Positions 11,668 to 26,600 of a DNA stretch of 64,000 nucleotides are shown piece by piece. The notes under the pieces were generated by a model. It was not told the origin of the DNA and did not search any database. It was given only the letters and a program-made list of their open reading frames with translations. This stretch comes from Botryllus schlosseri. Taxonomy: Eukaryota. A program made the translations under genes and the position numbers. Positions within the stretch are counted from its first letter, which is position 1. Each line of letters begins with the position of its first letter. Location of the stretch: contig CM119378.1 of assembly GCA_051294905.1 (NCBI GenBank), positions 930,001 through 994,000 on the forward strand, read 5' to 3'.

Positions 11668-12772
11668 ATTGCGTGTGCTCAATGATCCAAGTACGGAGTA
11701 CTTAATCTGAATTAAGTATCAATTGTAATGATTCGATTGCTTGAGCATTGTCAGCCTGAGCACTAAGCATTGAGAGTAGTATTCGATTATCAGTATCACT
11801 CATTATCCCGCCATAATAGTATGGACGATGTGGGAAGTTTAAATATGTACCTTTTACACGACCAAAAAGAATATAGTGGCATATAATCTGACATTCTTTA
11901 AGCAACCTATTTCATTGCATTTTGTGATGATGCTGTGGTTTGATTTTGACTTTGTACTACATGATTCGTAGGCTGCCATATGACAAATTGTGGAAAATAA
12001 TGTCAAAACTATAATTCTCAGTCATAAATGACTTCTTAGTGGCAAGGAGTGTATGATTTGAACACTAGAAAAAAATCATCACCCAATGCTGGTCACGAAA
12101 CGTTAAAATAGACACTTAAATTTAGATTGAGTATTCCAATCATTGTGACCAGCCTTAGTTGCTGGCACGATACATTCCTGCTGTTTAGGGATTTTAATGA
12201 GATGTTTCCTAAATCTTGAACGACTATCGTTTTCAAGTCAACCCGCCAAGATCTTTTTATGTTGCCAAAATGAAATGTTTGCAGTTACATTGTTCAAATG
12301 AATTGTAGTTAAACATTATTTTTTAAAACCAGTAGAAACTCGCGTATGTCGCGAGGTATTCCTGAATTTTTCATATTTTACGTAACAACGATGCAGTTTA
12401 CGATTCGTTTCTTTCTGTTTTCTCAAAAAGTTCCATATTTTTGCATTGAGACCAAAATCGTCTTTTTTGATCTCACAGTGAGTCGTTCCCCGCGTGTGAA
12501 TATTTTCCAATTTTCAAGTCGCTACTAGCGTTGTTTCGTTCAACCTTTTCGCGGGATGCTGTTACCGCATTCCTTCGTGTGTCCTTATTGTCAATGAATG
12601 TTCAACGACTTGGTCAATTTATTCTGCTGTTTCCGATAATACTCTTTAATGAATATTTTCTCTTTTGAAACGAGTTTATGGAAGGTGCAAAATCAAGCAA
12701 ATATCTTTGTAAAGAGCCTGTTCGATCGTGAGATATCTGTAGCTTTTAGATTTTAGTACGCAACATCTAGCG

Positions 12773-13318
12773 CAATGGTTCTCAACCTTTCTGACCCCGC
12801 AGGGGTGGTAAAGAACACTAACGCCGGGCCGAGTAAAGTCAGCTAGTAGAAGGTCGAGTCCAAGTCATTATGTTGACTCTTCAGCTTAACTGTTTCTAAT
12901 ACCAATAATGTGGAAACTTTGCTATTCAAACTTACAATGAAATGTCTGTCTTGACCGCTCCAGACTCGAGTCATTACAACCATGGTTCTAGGCTATATTA
13001 TACTGCCAACTGTCGTTCAATTGTAAATTCGTTTGAAAGTATCAATAGCTTTCACATTTAACTTGTCGGAAATAAGCTGTAAGCTACATTTAAACACTTT
13101 CGTACACGCACCAATGTGACGAACGAAGTAGATCATAAACTGTCTATATGACACCAAACAGAAAAATATGTTCCAAACTTTTAAATCAATTTAAAACTTG
13201 ATGCATTATTCTGTAATTAATGGACAAGAGTCCGACTTCTTTCATTTTGGAATTGAGATATAGAATTCAAATATACTTGGCAGGGAACTTGCGACGGAGC
13301 GGCGTTTGAGAACCACTG
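12773..13318. mobile_element. hAT (Charlie-like) MITE
   Basis: caatggttctcaa...ttgagaaccactg; perfect TSD atctagcg. Confidence 0.8.
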
Positions 13319-13484
13319 ATCTAGCGTATTCTGTCCAGTCCAGTATAAATATCAAGTCTTCAAGCTTTTAGTACGCAACAGCGAGTGTATTCCAGTCGAG
13401 TAAAAATATCATAGTAATGAGAAAAAACACGTAAGTAGCAATTGAAAGAGGGTCAGATCAGGTGCGCTATCACAAAACTTGCAA

Positions 13485-14088
13485 TAGGGTTGTTCGAATA
13501 TAACATTTTTCTTCATTTTTTCTGGTCATTCAGTAAAACCGTTAGGTTGGCTACAGAAAACACTGCACAACAAATTTAGCTGAAGTCCAACAACATGTAG
13601 CAGCAAAGCTCTCGAGTCAGAACACTTTAAATTTATTACGAAAAAAAGAAAAATATTTTTAGTTATTGCTGACAACCACATGAAACTGTTTACATAACAC
13701 GATGCATACCAAATTTGACTCAATTCCACTCACTAGATAATTTTGGATTTTAAATAATTTAGTGTTTACGGTGGGTGGTTCTGTAGTATTTTTCAAATCC
13801 GAAGTTTTGTGATACAATAACTTCGCTTCTGCAGGTTGGAATTGAGCCAAATTTGTTACAAATCGTGCTTTTAGACAACGTAACAATTGTATGGGGTTGA
13901 AAGTGAGATTTGCAAAAAAAAAACTTTTTTTATGGTAAATTCAATATTTTCTAACTCGTGTAGCTTTGCTGCTACCCGTTCGAATGGGGCTAAAGTTGGT
14001 GTTGAGCGCTTTTTCCATTAGACTAACAATTTTATCGAACAGCCAGTCAGTAGATTTTGAAGAAAAAGGTTCACCTCGAACAACCCTA
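13485..14088. mobile_element. Fold-back MITE family copy (diverged)
   Basis: tagggttgttcga...tcgaacaacccta with internal ccaaatttgactcaattcca/tggaattgagccaaatttg. Partial relatives near 10080-10377, 10838-11100 and 22175-22570. Confidence 0.75.
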
Positions 14089-14453
14089 TTGCACACAAAG
14101 CCAGTTGCCCCCGGCCAATTCATAAATATATATTTTCGAAACTCATGCAATTTCATATCCTTATCAACTTCACGTGCAGCGCCAGCTATTTTAATAAAAC
14201 CCCATCGAAAAGTACAGCAATCCACGCGAAGGCACTGCCATAGGCTGGCGGTCAATTTGCAGGGAAATCGTTCATTCGCGAAGGCTGTAGGTGTCAAACG
14301 CCGATCAACTCAAACTCTATGATCATCGCTCCTTTGCAAGTTTATTACAGCTGCCCGCTTCACGAAAACGTGATAAATTCAGTCTTTGTTCCTCCGCTAC
14401 TATCCTCAGCATGGATATGAAAATGCATGAAAAATGATATTCCATAAAAAATA

Positions 14454-16383
14454 TCACAGTTCCATGTTTTCCATTTCGTCTTCCGAAAAGTCACTGATCG
14501 ACGACTCGTCGCCGCTTTCCCCATTCTCAGTGCTAAGTTCCTTCAGTGCCTCCTCTGTGGCGTATTTTTGAAGATAGTCCTTAATCTTGGCTTCGTACTC
14601 CTCTGGTTTGTGCAGGTACAGAGCAGCAGCATCCCTATTCAGTGGGTCGCTGGGGTTCGGATACGTTAACAGCTGTGGTAAGAAGGTATCGAATACGTTC
14701 TTGAGGTCATAAAGAGCGGTCCAAGTTTGGTTTATGACATCCAGACACACGGTTCCGGACTGTTCGTCGATGTTAGGATGGAAGATTTTGTTCAAGAACC
14801 CGATCGACGGGGACTTGAAAGGATATTTGTCGGGTAATTCCACCCTTACTTTCCACACACCTCCCGCATACGGTGTGTCTGGAAAAAGGCAAAATTTCAA
14901 CAGTGCTGTTAATGAAAGGATTTTAATGAATTAATCCTGAAACAAGAGATTCAGGCTCGTGGCTCCCTAAAGAGGCGAAGTCGCCCCCTGGGGAAGATTT
15001 TGTGAGACAAGGGGATGAAAATGTGAGAACATTCAGTCAATTTTATTGATAGAAACACTAGACTTGAGAAAAGTGGACATATGGTAAGCCAAATATACGG
15101 TATCTGAATTGGAACACCCTTTCATGGAATCACAGTTGAAAATCGTGTTAAGAAAGGTCCAGTGCAGTGGTTTTTGACCTTGCGAACCAGCCAAATATCA
15201 AGATAAATGCTGCAGACCTTTAACCATTATTAATCAAAAATTAACCCAAATTGCAATGCGACAAATGCATGAAACTAAACATTGGATCCTACATTTAATA
15301 GTTTCTGCAAGGCGAACTTAGTATGATTGTGATGTTTCCTTGAAAGAAATGCTACATTACTGTTTGCTCGACTACATTTTACTACTTAATGTCACGAAAT
15401 TGTACTGTGGGAATTTTACAAACTCTGTTCCAACTCCTTCTAGCTTTCATGCACATACCACTGTTCCTAAACCAATTGCAGGATACTTTTAAATAGTTTC
15501 ATAGCCCTCTTAGAGCATTGTGCGTGCCGCACACCAAGTCAAGAGGAGCCTGTATAATACCGAAACCAGGCGTGCAACCAGCCGAGAGAAAAGAAGGGAT
15601 ATTTTGAAAACAGCCAATTTTCTAAATCCTAATAGATTAATCGGGTTAAATATGTGTACAAATGCCAATGCAGCAATGATCAGTCCACCTTGCTCGTGAT
15701 AACGTCTCGATACACATTATGCGGTATGCCAGTTATGGTATGGCCACCCCATTTTTTTCAGATGGCTTCTTTCTATACTATCTTCTTCTACTTTTCATTC
15801 AATGAGCATGCCTCCTCTTTACATCGCCTAGGCCAAGGTGGGTTTCTGATTCCATAGACTACTCCAAGTCGCTTCGACATCTTCCTATCTTTCATTGTAT
15901 CGCATTTTTGTGGTGTATTGAACTGATAAAAATTGCCAACAAACCAATGATGACGATGATATAGATCTAGATATATGTCCAAGTGTAATGAGCCATAATT
16001 GATGAAATAAACATATTACAGCAAAGCAGAAGTTGAGATATATCAACCCAGACTCAACCCTCACCCTAATTAGGATCATACGATACCCTAATCCTATGAT
16101 CCCAACCCCAAACATACTATAAACGACAAACATTTTGACGTGTTCATGTAGGCTAGAAGATTCGTGGCGGTCATGTTGTTGTGGATCAGAAAGTACACTA
16201 CACCACCCATTCAGACACTCCTTATAATGGATTTCAGCGAGGATTAACGAGTCTACCTGGCGGTCCCCTGAACTTTACCACAAATTCATTCAATCCTCCG
16301 AGAAGCGTGACCTCATGATTGCTTTCAATGAGCTTGACAACATCCGTGTCCATCCGACGCTTGCCAGGATTTGGAGACGACAT
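14454..16383 (-). CDS. UBE2H: Ubiquitin-conjugating enzyme E2 H (183 aa, two coding exons)
   Basis: Exon 16383-16257 encodes [42 protein letters not shown]. It splices in phase 1 to 14878-14454, encoding [53 protein letters not shown]...[13 protein letters not shown]. The HPN motif, catalytic Cys and acidic tail match UBE2H/Ubc8. Confidence 0.97.
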
Positions 16384-16499
16384 AACTCCGAAGAGAAAGT
16401 AAAATAGTTTTCAAGTAAAAACCAGTGACTATAAAACAGCTCTGTCAAAACAGTAAATATCAGGAATCAAACAAATAAACATTTCTAATCGATAATACT

Positions 16500-16655
16500 A
16501 TTGTTGATACCGGTAGGGTAAGCAGTTTTCTTTCCAATTGTCTACAAGTTGCTGACAATTATCCCTGAGGAGTGTCAGCCAAATATATTCATGTTCATTT
16601 CAATATAAATATATTACTCAATTGCATACGGTACCAAAGTTCTGTGCCTCCAGGA
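16500..16655 (+). mobile_element. PLE repeat remnant
   Basis: gttgctgacaattatccctgaggagtgtcagcc...catttcaatata...aagttctgtgcctccagga. Confidence 0.75.
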
Positions 16656-18736
16656 GTCTCAACAAATTCTCAATAATAACAGGTTTCTCCATTGAAGTCG
16701 GTGGTACTCATAATTTGTCATCAACTACAATATCAGTGTTGCGAAAAAGTCGCAACTTTCGTGTCATTGCACATTTTGACTCAAGTCACGTCACTCCATA
16801 TTTGAAGATACTCGAGTCTAGTCAAGCCACTCGATTTTTGGAGGTAACTCGAGTCAGGTCAAGTCACTCAATTTTTAGAGGTCAAGTCAAGTCGAATCTT
16901 TGCAAAGCATGAAAAAATAATAAAACCGTCGATTATCCAAGTCTTTTCATTTTCAAGATGATTGAAGTACAGGCAAGTTGCTATTTATCGTGAATCGAAT
17001 AATGAATATATGATTGTAAACGGGCGTTCTATCGCTCACACAAACACAGAATTACTAAACTACGTTAGTAGCTCTCCACAAGTCTACATGAAGTCTATAA
17101 GCCAAAATAGTAGATAGAATACTGAATACGAAGCTTCTGAAAGCTGCAACAAATTGATATGACAGATACACATATCCCACTTACACTTTAAGCCTGCACC
17201 ATTTGCTGACGATAAATATAAATGTGTAACCTGCATATCTGTTCGATTTTAATTGCACAATAAGTTTGTTTAGGTGAGCACTGAGCAGGCTACAAAACAG
17301 AAATACACTGCTATAGATAGATTACTGCTTGAGTATGCTACTAGTCTACGACCACGTAAGCTGTAATCACTTTGTTCGCGAGCGGTAATTCGTATGTTGA
17401 GAACATTTACAATTTGAGCATGTACCATTGTACAGGTACAGCAATTTAGTCGACGCCGATTCGTTACCGACTTGAAATATCCCTTCAAGTCACGAGTCAA
17501 TCTACATTTCTGAAACGCCTATTCCAATCAAGGCAATTCATGCGAAAAACTTGACTCTTGAATAATATATTCATATTCATTTCCAAAGTTTTTAGAGCTG
17601 GCACTCATCTGGGGTTACTGTTATAATGTGAACATTAAAACCTTTGTTTGACAACAATCATCACCACGACACAAATTCACTGAATCTTTCACGCAATAGG
17701 CTACATAACAGTACGGAATGAATGCTTGAAATGTGCGTGTTACACATATATCACGTCATAATAGTGATTTTGAGAGAAACCAATGCTTGCTACCAACATC
17801 ACGATTAAGCTTGCTGGTGATTGGTGCTTCATGTAGAGTCGAATTGTTGTACCAAGATACCCACTAGCTGTAAACGATATGCTTATACTGACATTAACCA
17901 TGAAGTAGGCTTACCACAATGTTGGTTTTGCTGTTATCTCAGTCACAATATCAGTTAGGCTGCAACAATTTGTGACTATGTCCGAGATGAAAATTGAAAT
18001 GTTTTAGCAGTGATCGGAAATAATCTTTTAAATAGGAATGGCATATGGGTTGTCGTAAGTGAAGGGTGATCTTATAGTGACGGAATTCAGAGGAGCCCAC
18101 TGAACTTTGTGCGGAATTCAGCAGACGAGCGGTGAATACAAGTTAGTGAAATGAGTGGTCAGGTCATCATCATCATTTTATTAAAAATTTTACCTAATCA
18201 ATACATCACATCACACGACTGCGATATAATGAAAAGATAGGAGGGTGCCAAAACGAATAGTCTTTTAATCATTACACCTACCTTGGCCTACACTCCTACA
18301 GCATGTAAATAAGAGGTATGCGCACTGGATTTAAGAAAGGATAACAAAAAGAATGCTACAAAAAGGAACGCTGCATGTGTCGGTAGGCGAGATCGATATC
18401 ACAGGTTGTGGTCTGGTAATCTCCTGGAGTGCTGACTAGTATTGATTCAGTAAACCAGCGAGCAACATTCATTGATTTGTCACAGCAATCATTCTATAGA
18501 TTGTATTACCAGCGTACTAATTTCATGGTAAACATAAATAAACAACACAACAGCAGTCGTGGCAATATGCTAACCATACTAATATAATGTTGTTACATTA
18601 GGGGCCAGCTATATATAGGTAGGAGGGAATCATGAACAAAACATATCAAATGTTATATACGATGATCCACTAATCCATCATTCCATATTTCGCAGCGTAG
18701 TGTTGCGAGATGACAAACAGAGTAACAAGTCGAATA

Positions 18737-19251
18737 TAGGGCTGGGCAAAATCGAGTACCTGAGTGATTCGATTCTGAATTACGTAATATGCTTCGAGTC
18801 GAGTCGAGTAATCGAGTATCACTCATTATGACGTCACAACATGATGTACTATGTCGAAGTCCAAATATGAACCTTTTATGCCACCACAAAGAATGTAATG
18901 CCTGTTAACCATCACATTAAAGATGCTTTGGTATTTTTTCGACCATACCGATTTCATTGCACTTCTTAACAAATTTGTCGGATGATCATGACTTCGGAAA
19001 AGTGTTATTTCCAGTAACGTTCGTAGCTTTTTACTGTGTTTGGTATGCTGAAACACGGCCAATCAAGGTTTCACGGCTTCCTCAGTGGAAAATAGTATCA
19101 AAACTATAATTCTCGTCAGTAAATTAACTTTCAGTTGCGAGGAGCGTATAATTTCAGTACTCGAAAAAATCGTCTTTTACTACTCGACTCGAATCATTAC
19201 AATTACTACTCGATTCAGATTCGAGTACTCGAATCATTTTGCCCAGCCCTA
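18737..19251. mobile_element. hAT-type MITE, TCGAGTA subterminal family
   Basis: TIR tagggctgggcaaaat...attttgcccagcccta; perfect TSD gtcgaata. Confidence 0.88.
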
Positions 19252-20649
19252 GTCGAATAACGATGTTGACCCGAGACCCGTTCGCGTCACCTTTAGCATC
19301 CAAAACCGACCGACCGACCAAGACCCGTCCTTTGTTTGTGTGGTTCGTAACGTAGCCGAACGCAGGGTTCAAAATGAGCGAACGGTGACGCCGGATAAAC
19401 AATGAAACTTTTTCGTCGCAATCAGCTGATCATGGAACTGATCGTTCTCTGACGTTATGTAAATTACCTGATGTGTGACGGTCGTTTCTTGGTACACCGA
19501 AGTTGTTTAGAGAAATTACCCTCTCATGCAGTGTAAATTTTTCTCATTGAATGGTGTTATGGATTCTAGTGCGGTATCCTTCACTCAAATACGTCCACAG
19601 CATCGCTTTATTGTACCTTGCAGGGGGTCGGTAACCTTTTTGCTCCGTGAATCGGTTTCAAAATGAAATTATTTTCGCGGACTTGTGTTTTGTGTTATAA
19701 AAATACACCATTGTTCAACGTTGAAAATTGATTGCACCTCATGCAGTATAAGGCCAGTAACGGGTGCACAGTAATGCTGTAACAAATGTGCTTCCATCAA
19801 TGATAGATACATTGATATATATATATATCATTGGCTGCCATGCAAGAGATTAACTTGACTTGTTTCTCTTTCACTATGCTAAAGTGTGCGAACTTTTCAC
19901 TGACCAGTAACGAGCTCCTCGCTGATCGTTATCAGGTTGCGAACCGCCGGTCGCCGACCACTGCCTTATGATATAATATCGGGAGGCCCACGCCCACCCT
20001 ATTTCAAGACTACTCCCAAGTCGTATCGACTCCTGAGTTGAGTATATTATCAATAACCTTGATCCTTCCTTCCAAGCCGATCGTATTTACCTGATACGCA
20101 AGTGCATCTAGGACGGAGCCAAATCTCCTCCAAGCACCCACCGTTTCCCAGAACACGTCAGCAAAATTGGCATTGTCTGCTGAATTAAGTGACAGAGGAA
20201 GTTTTTTCCATGTCATCTGCAGGCCAAGGTGTGTGTTATTGAAACAGTATATTCCGCGCCGTTTCGACACCCTCCTATCTTTTCATTATAACGCAATCTT
20301 GCAGTGTTTCAATCTGACGAAAATTCCAATGTTATGACAGACTGACAGATCTAACCTCGACCTATCCGACCCCAGTTACTACAAAAACATAACTCCGCAC
20401 AAGCGTCAGCACTGAAACGGCGATTCATCTCTCTTGCAATATATTTGAAATACTCACCCACATACAGTTAGGAAAATCTGTACAAGTACGAGTAAAAGTT
20501 CCTAGTTGGATAATAACAGCATACTACTCATCGAGGGTATCATATCTGGCGATGACAATCTGTGGACAACACACTTGCAAGCATAGCTGCAACACCTTGT
20601 ATTTTTTGTCGACAGCAGTTTCGGTAGCCGACAGCAGACAGACAGAACG

Positions 20650-23600
20650 TCATCTCCGAAATCTCATCTTCCCGATTGATTTCAAAGTCTTCGCCATCAT
20701 CGGAGCGATACGTGCTGAAAATGAATTATTCGTTATCGTTGCAGCTGAGAAAAATCGAGGACTTGAGTCATTCCAATTCTGAATTGAGTTTTTAGTCAAG
20801 TATTCAAGTATCAATCATTATGACGTCACAAGATTATGGTTGATATGGACCGCAAATAAAATAACGCAAGCTCTAAACCACAGAAAGATAATTTGGTCTT
20901 TCTTCGATGTCAGCTGCAAGAGTTGCACGATTAAAACATTTCCAGCCTTTCCAAATTAGACCGCAATTAGAAAGGTAACAAAATTGTCTTTTTTCAAATT
21001 AGATTACAATTAGAATTCGCAAAAACTTGAAAATGAATTGGATTCAATTATGTATTAGAAATAATGTCTGTACAACCCGCTAGGCTCGTTTCGTATAACA
21101 CAGTTCTGCTGCAGCATTTTCAGGAAAATTAGAAACTAGATCAGAATAAAGATGACACCATAGAAACATTTCACAAATTGCAGCAGAATTTGAGTAAAGG
21201 CATTTCTCCTTAACTAGTCCAATTGGAAAATGCTACATGATAACTGTATAGTGCAAAACGAGCCAAGAAGCGTAATGTACACTGTACAGTAGGGCTGTTC
21301 AAAAATAACTTTTTTTCCCGGATTCCAGCCATTCACTGATTAAATTGTCAGGTTACCTTAAAAAACGCTGCACACCGAATTTGGTTCGATTCTGACAAGT
21401 ATAGGACTCCGCAGATCCAATTAAAATTTTTAATTTATTAGGGGAAATTGAAAAAAAAAATTTTAAAATTTTATTGCCAACCCCATCAAATTGTTGAGCT
21501 GTCTTCAAAGACGATGCAAAACAAATTTGACTCAATTCCGACCAGTAGAAGCGGAGTTATGTGAGTTTTTCGATGATAATTCTTGGATTCCACCATGGAT
21601 AATGAAGCTGAGCCAAATTTGGTGTGTAGGCTTAAATTAAGTAACCTAACAATCTTATTAAGTAGCCAGTGCGATTTGAGAAAAAACGTCATTTTTGAAG
21701 AGCCTTACTGTACAGACATTTGTCATTCTTGTGCTTATTAGAATGCTGGGATATGATTTGATATGAACTGAACTTTATTTTTGTCGTATCTCCATCTAAT
21801 TCAGAATATAATTTGATTTCCACGTTTTTGCAAATTCAGCGATTCTAAATCTAATCTACTTTAGAAAAAACGGTGTAGCCATCGATCTAATTCCAATCTA
21901 ATCAATCTAAGCTAATTCAATTCCTACGTTTCTTGATTTCCCGAACTTGCTGCATTCGAGCCTCTCTGTCAACCGTGGCCGCCGTGATCGAACCGACCGG
22001 GACGGCCATCCGAGAGTCGACCAGATCTCTTCTGACGGATGACGACGTCGATTGTGACGCCGTACTGCTGGATGGTCGCGACCTCCCGGCTGTGCCGTAC
22101 TTTTCCTGAGCGCGACGGACGCTTCTGGGCGGTTTGGCGTTTGCTCCGACATAGGCTAACATCACCTGCGAACAGTGGGGCTGTTCAAACTTACCATTTC
22201 TTCAAATTATACTAGCTACTTCATAAAATTACAAAGTTGCCTTAAAAACACTGCACATAAAATTTGACTCAATTCCAACCTGCAGAGGCATTGCTATTAG
22301 AGGATAAAGTTTTGGATTTATTAAATAAAAATGAAAAAATTTGAAATTTTACTGGCCCCATGACATTGTTAGGTTGTCTTAAAAAAATGTTCAATTCCAA
22401 CCCGTAGAAGCGGGTAGAAACGGTGGTCAGTTCTATAAATTAAGAATTTGCCACCGTACACATTATTTTTTGCAATGCTCCTACCAATTGGAATTGAGCC
22501 GAATTTGATTTTGATCGGTTTTCAGGCAACCTAAATATTTTATGGAGTGGCCAGTAGAATTTGAAAAAAAAAATTAGCTTATTTTTCACATATTCACATT
22601 TTTCACATTATGGAGCGGCCATGTTTTTGGACTTCGCGCTTCTACATTAACAGTTTTTCAAAAAAAGCTATTTAATTTTTAGAGCTTGTAGTACTTGAAA
22701 GATGAAGAGCAGTTTTCAGATAACTCGAGTACCTTTCAGATAGGACTGGGCACAATGATTTCATTTTCTACTTACACTCGGGAGTAATCTTTACATGTCT
22801 TGGAAATCGCTGCCTCCACATCTATTCAGCTAGCTACGCTCATTATTCTGATCATCTCTGGTTAATAATTACTGTACGCAATGTAGAGGAACATTACAAA
22901 GCATACCTTCTTTTCCAGCGGCTTTTTCTTCGCTTCTTTCATCGAGATGATTTGTGTCAAGCTTGCCAGTTTACGATCCCGTTCGTCGCTCAGCCTCAAG
23001 TACATTTCCCTCCAAGATTCCATCTCGTCCGGTCGCTGGCTTCGAAATTCGCTGGCGCAATGCACCTGCCACAGAGCGTCCGTGTCTTCCAACAGATACG
23101 GATTGGAGTCCTCCAGTCGGTAGAGCTGTTCGGACGTGCATTTCCTCAGGACGGGATGCACGATTTCAAACGGTATCCCGCCGAATGAGTCGATGGCTAG
23201 AAAACAAAACTGATATATTCGTGTTGCACAATTTATTCCACTCGAAGCAGACTTGTGAGCTACAAACTACCAATCCACTTAGTTTTGTTAGCTTGGCTGT
23301 AAGTAGTTCTAGTTGTAGATTTTGAAAAGTGTGTCATCGTGATACCGTTGCGTGTTGTTCTGGCAGTCATTGCAAGTTCAGAGACATCACTACTAACAGG
23401 GATGTAGGTAGTCAGGGGAGGTTGCACTGATATTATGTGGAAAGCTGTTCTGATTACAACAAAATAAAAATTAATGAGTCGCTTCAGGTTTGAATTTGCT
23501 TAGTTGTGTCTCGGTTACTGAGTTGCTGCAGTTCTAGTTCTAGCTGCGAGTTTTGCAAAGCGAGTAAAGTTCTAGTTGCTGAATTTTGAAAACCCAGTGT

Positions 23601-26600
23601 TACGTCACAGGCTACAAGGCTGTTGTCAGTATGACGTCAAAACTACTAAATTCTTCCTATATTTCAAATTTGGTCAACTGCATTTACTGACGTTCGCTGC
23701 TGATGAGGGCATGTCACATTTTGCGATATACCAGTTCTGCGCTTCTAAAAGCCTACTTTAAACCAATAGAAGAGCTTCTTAGAGGTACAGAACTTCAATA
23801 TACAATTGAATAGTATATTGATGTTAAAATAAAACCGAATATTTTCGGCTGACACTCGTCAGGGGTATTTGTATTCGATTGTCGATATACAATGTTTTTT
23901 TCCAATTCTCTACCAGATGCTGACAAATACCCATGATGAGTGTCAGATCAAAATAATCGGGTTCATTTCAATACGAATGTACTGTAATTTTCTATGTATA
24001 ATCCGCAAAATTTTCACGGTTTTTTGCCCTAAAATCGGGGGGTGCGTATTGCTATTATACATGGGAACAACACGCTTGAAAAAAATTTTCCTCGATAAAA
24101 AACTTGAAATCACACCTTTCTTCATGTTTGTTTGCAATCGCGCATCACTTTCAGCCATCGTGCCCAGTAATTCGTATTATCAGTGTAATGCGCTACCAAT
24201 TAGCAAAAAGCGGATTGCCAATTAACGAGAGTCGTCTGCACAGCACGCAATCTCCTGCTGAGCTGGTTTGCCGTTTGCATGCGAGCGAAATTAGGTCATT
24301 CATTGATTGCTGAATGCGCGCTCTCCTCGCTAATTCATCGACAGGCCATGTGCGCAAAATATAATCGCTTGCGTAATCAGTCGCACCTCCAACAGGCATG
24401 GTGTGCGCGACATACCCGTTGGCCTGAGCAATCGCATCTGGCCTCGTGCGCAAGATGTCGCGTCGCCAGCCTCGCAGGCTTTGGCTCCAATCTACTATCG
24501 TATAGAGGCAATGCCGTTACATGTATAATGATTACCAATCGCATCTGTAACAGGCCTCATGCGCAAGACGTCGTGTCGCTGGCCCGAACTATCGCGTCGC
24601 CAGCCTCGCAGGCTTTGGCTGCTCTGTACCGTCGTTTAGAGACAATGGCGTTGATTGCATAATGATTAGCGATGGTTATGTCATGATTGTTCGACAGTGA
24701 CATCGCGAAACAGAACAACACCGCGTACTAAAACACAGCTATTCATGTACTGCGAATGCAGGGTGCGTACTATACAAGGGTACAGGCATTTTCTCCAAAT
24801 TTGCATGCCATTTTAAGGGTGCGTATTATACATGGGGGCGTACTATACTTGGAAAATTACGGTATTTCTCAATTAAACCGACAGAGTGTAATTCGAGGTA
24901 GAAAACAAAAAGCCAGCTCACCATCAATGTTATTCATCAGCACCATCATGCATTGATCGAACAGCGACATCATTTTCGGCAAAATCGCTCCTCCCCCGCC
25001 GGAATACACCAGCATTTTCTTGGTCTGTCTCTTGGCGTGAAGCTCCGCGGCTTGACTGTCCGTCAGCGAGGCGTCTTTTCTCTTGACCTGGACGGGTTCG
25101 GGGGCCGGCAGGGGCCTGTACGACGCCTGGATTTTAGGTAAGTGCAGGTTTAGTTTCGGTTTTATACTATCGTCTGGTTTGGATTTCGATGATTTTTTCC
25201 TTTTATGATTCGCGACGACCGGAATGCCCTCGAAAAGGAAGTTTGCTTCCCGGACTTCGTGCTTTTCCACTTTTATTTTTTTGCCGTGCCGTTCGCCGCT
25301 TTTTGAATTTTCGTCCGATTTACGCTTTTTTGATTTTTCGCTACTTTTTTGCGTTTCCGACGATTCGCTTTTAATTTTGCATTTTTTGTGAGATTTCACT
25401 TTGGAAGTGTTTTTCGGGGATAGTGTTTTATTTTTGGTGATTTTCCTGTACGAGTCGGCTTCTTTGTCCTCCAAATTATCGACTTTCGAGCCCCACGAGC
25501 CGTCCTCGCTGTCCACGCTCTTGTTCCGAGAATAGAGGGTGGTCGAGTGCACGAAGGAGGTCTGGAATAAAGACAAGCTCGAGTTAGAGTCAAACTCGAG
25601 TACGGACGTCAAAACTCACTCTTTCCTGAGGCCGCGACTCGTTGCTTTTCTGGGGATGGAGAAGATAAGCTCCTGGAAAAACACAAAACAGAGGCGGTTA
25701 TTAAACAACTACTTTTTCAAAAGTAGTCAAGCAGGTTTTGCCGACTTGGACTACTAGCTCAAGTGGTTATGGTTTTCGAATACTAGTACATCAGCTCCGT
25801 CAGCCGAAAATATTCGGGTTCATTTCAATATGAATATACTATTAAATTGTATATTGAAGTTCTGTACCTCAAAGAAGCTGTACATCAGCTATACAATTTT
25901 CAGTTTTTTCCACAAAAATAGAACCTTTTTTACTTGCCAAGATACTCTTGGAGGTACGGAACTCCATATACAATTATATAAAACAGGGTTTTAATGACTC
26001 GAGTCATGACTGGACTCGAGTCAGTATTTTCCGATGACTCGACTTGACTCGAGTCATTTTCTCAAAATACGCAAATGACTCGACTAGAGTCAATCTGTGC
26101 ATTGACTCAACTTGGAATTGAGTCATTGCGCATGACTCGAACCAAGTCATATGACTCGAGACTCGGACAGCAAAGACCGACAGTTCATTGTAATTTCGAA
26201 GAATGGTATAGTAACAACAACACTATTTGGGATTTCATCTATTTGGTACTGGTATTTGAGTATGCGACCAGAAACTGCTAAAAGTGAAGAAAATCAGTAT
26301 ATTATAAATGCGGACCATTTGATATCGCCAAACAGAGTTATAAAAATTGAGTTTAACAAGACTTTTAAATGGAAACTGAGCAGTCAACACAATGATTTGG
26401 ACTCGGATTTGACTCGGTGACGAATTGAAAATGACTCGAGTCAAAACTATAAAAGTGAGATTGACATGCGACTCGGAGCCTTGTTACAACCCTGATATAA
26501 TACTTGGATATAGAAATGAACTCGAACACTTTCGGCTGACACTCGTCAGGGGTAATCGTCAGCAACTAGTAGAGAATTGAACATTGTTTATCAACAATCG

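Noticed and set aside
16040..16115. aaccc/accct-rich stretch as telomeric repeat
   Set aside because: Irregular, with no tandem TTAGGG; more likely a decayed repeat.
24104..24956. Cluster of 66-127-aa ORFs
   Set aside because: They lie inside a TA-flanked MITE and show no transposase motifs or splice support.
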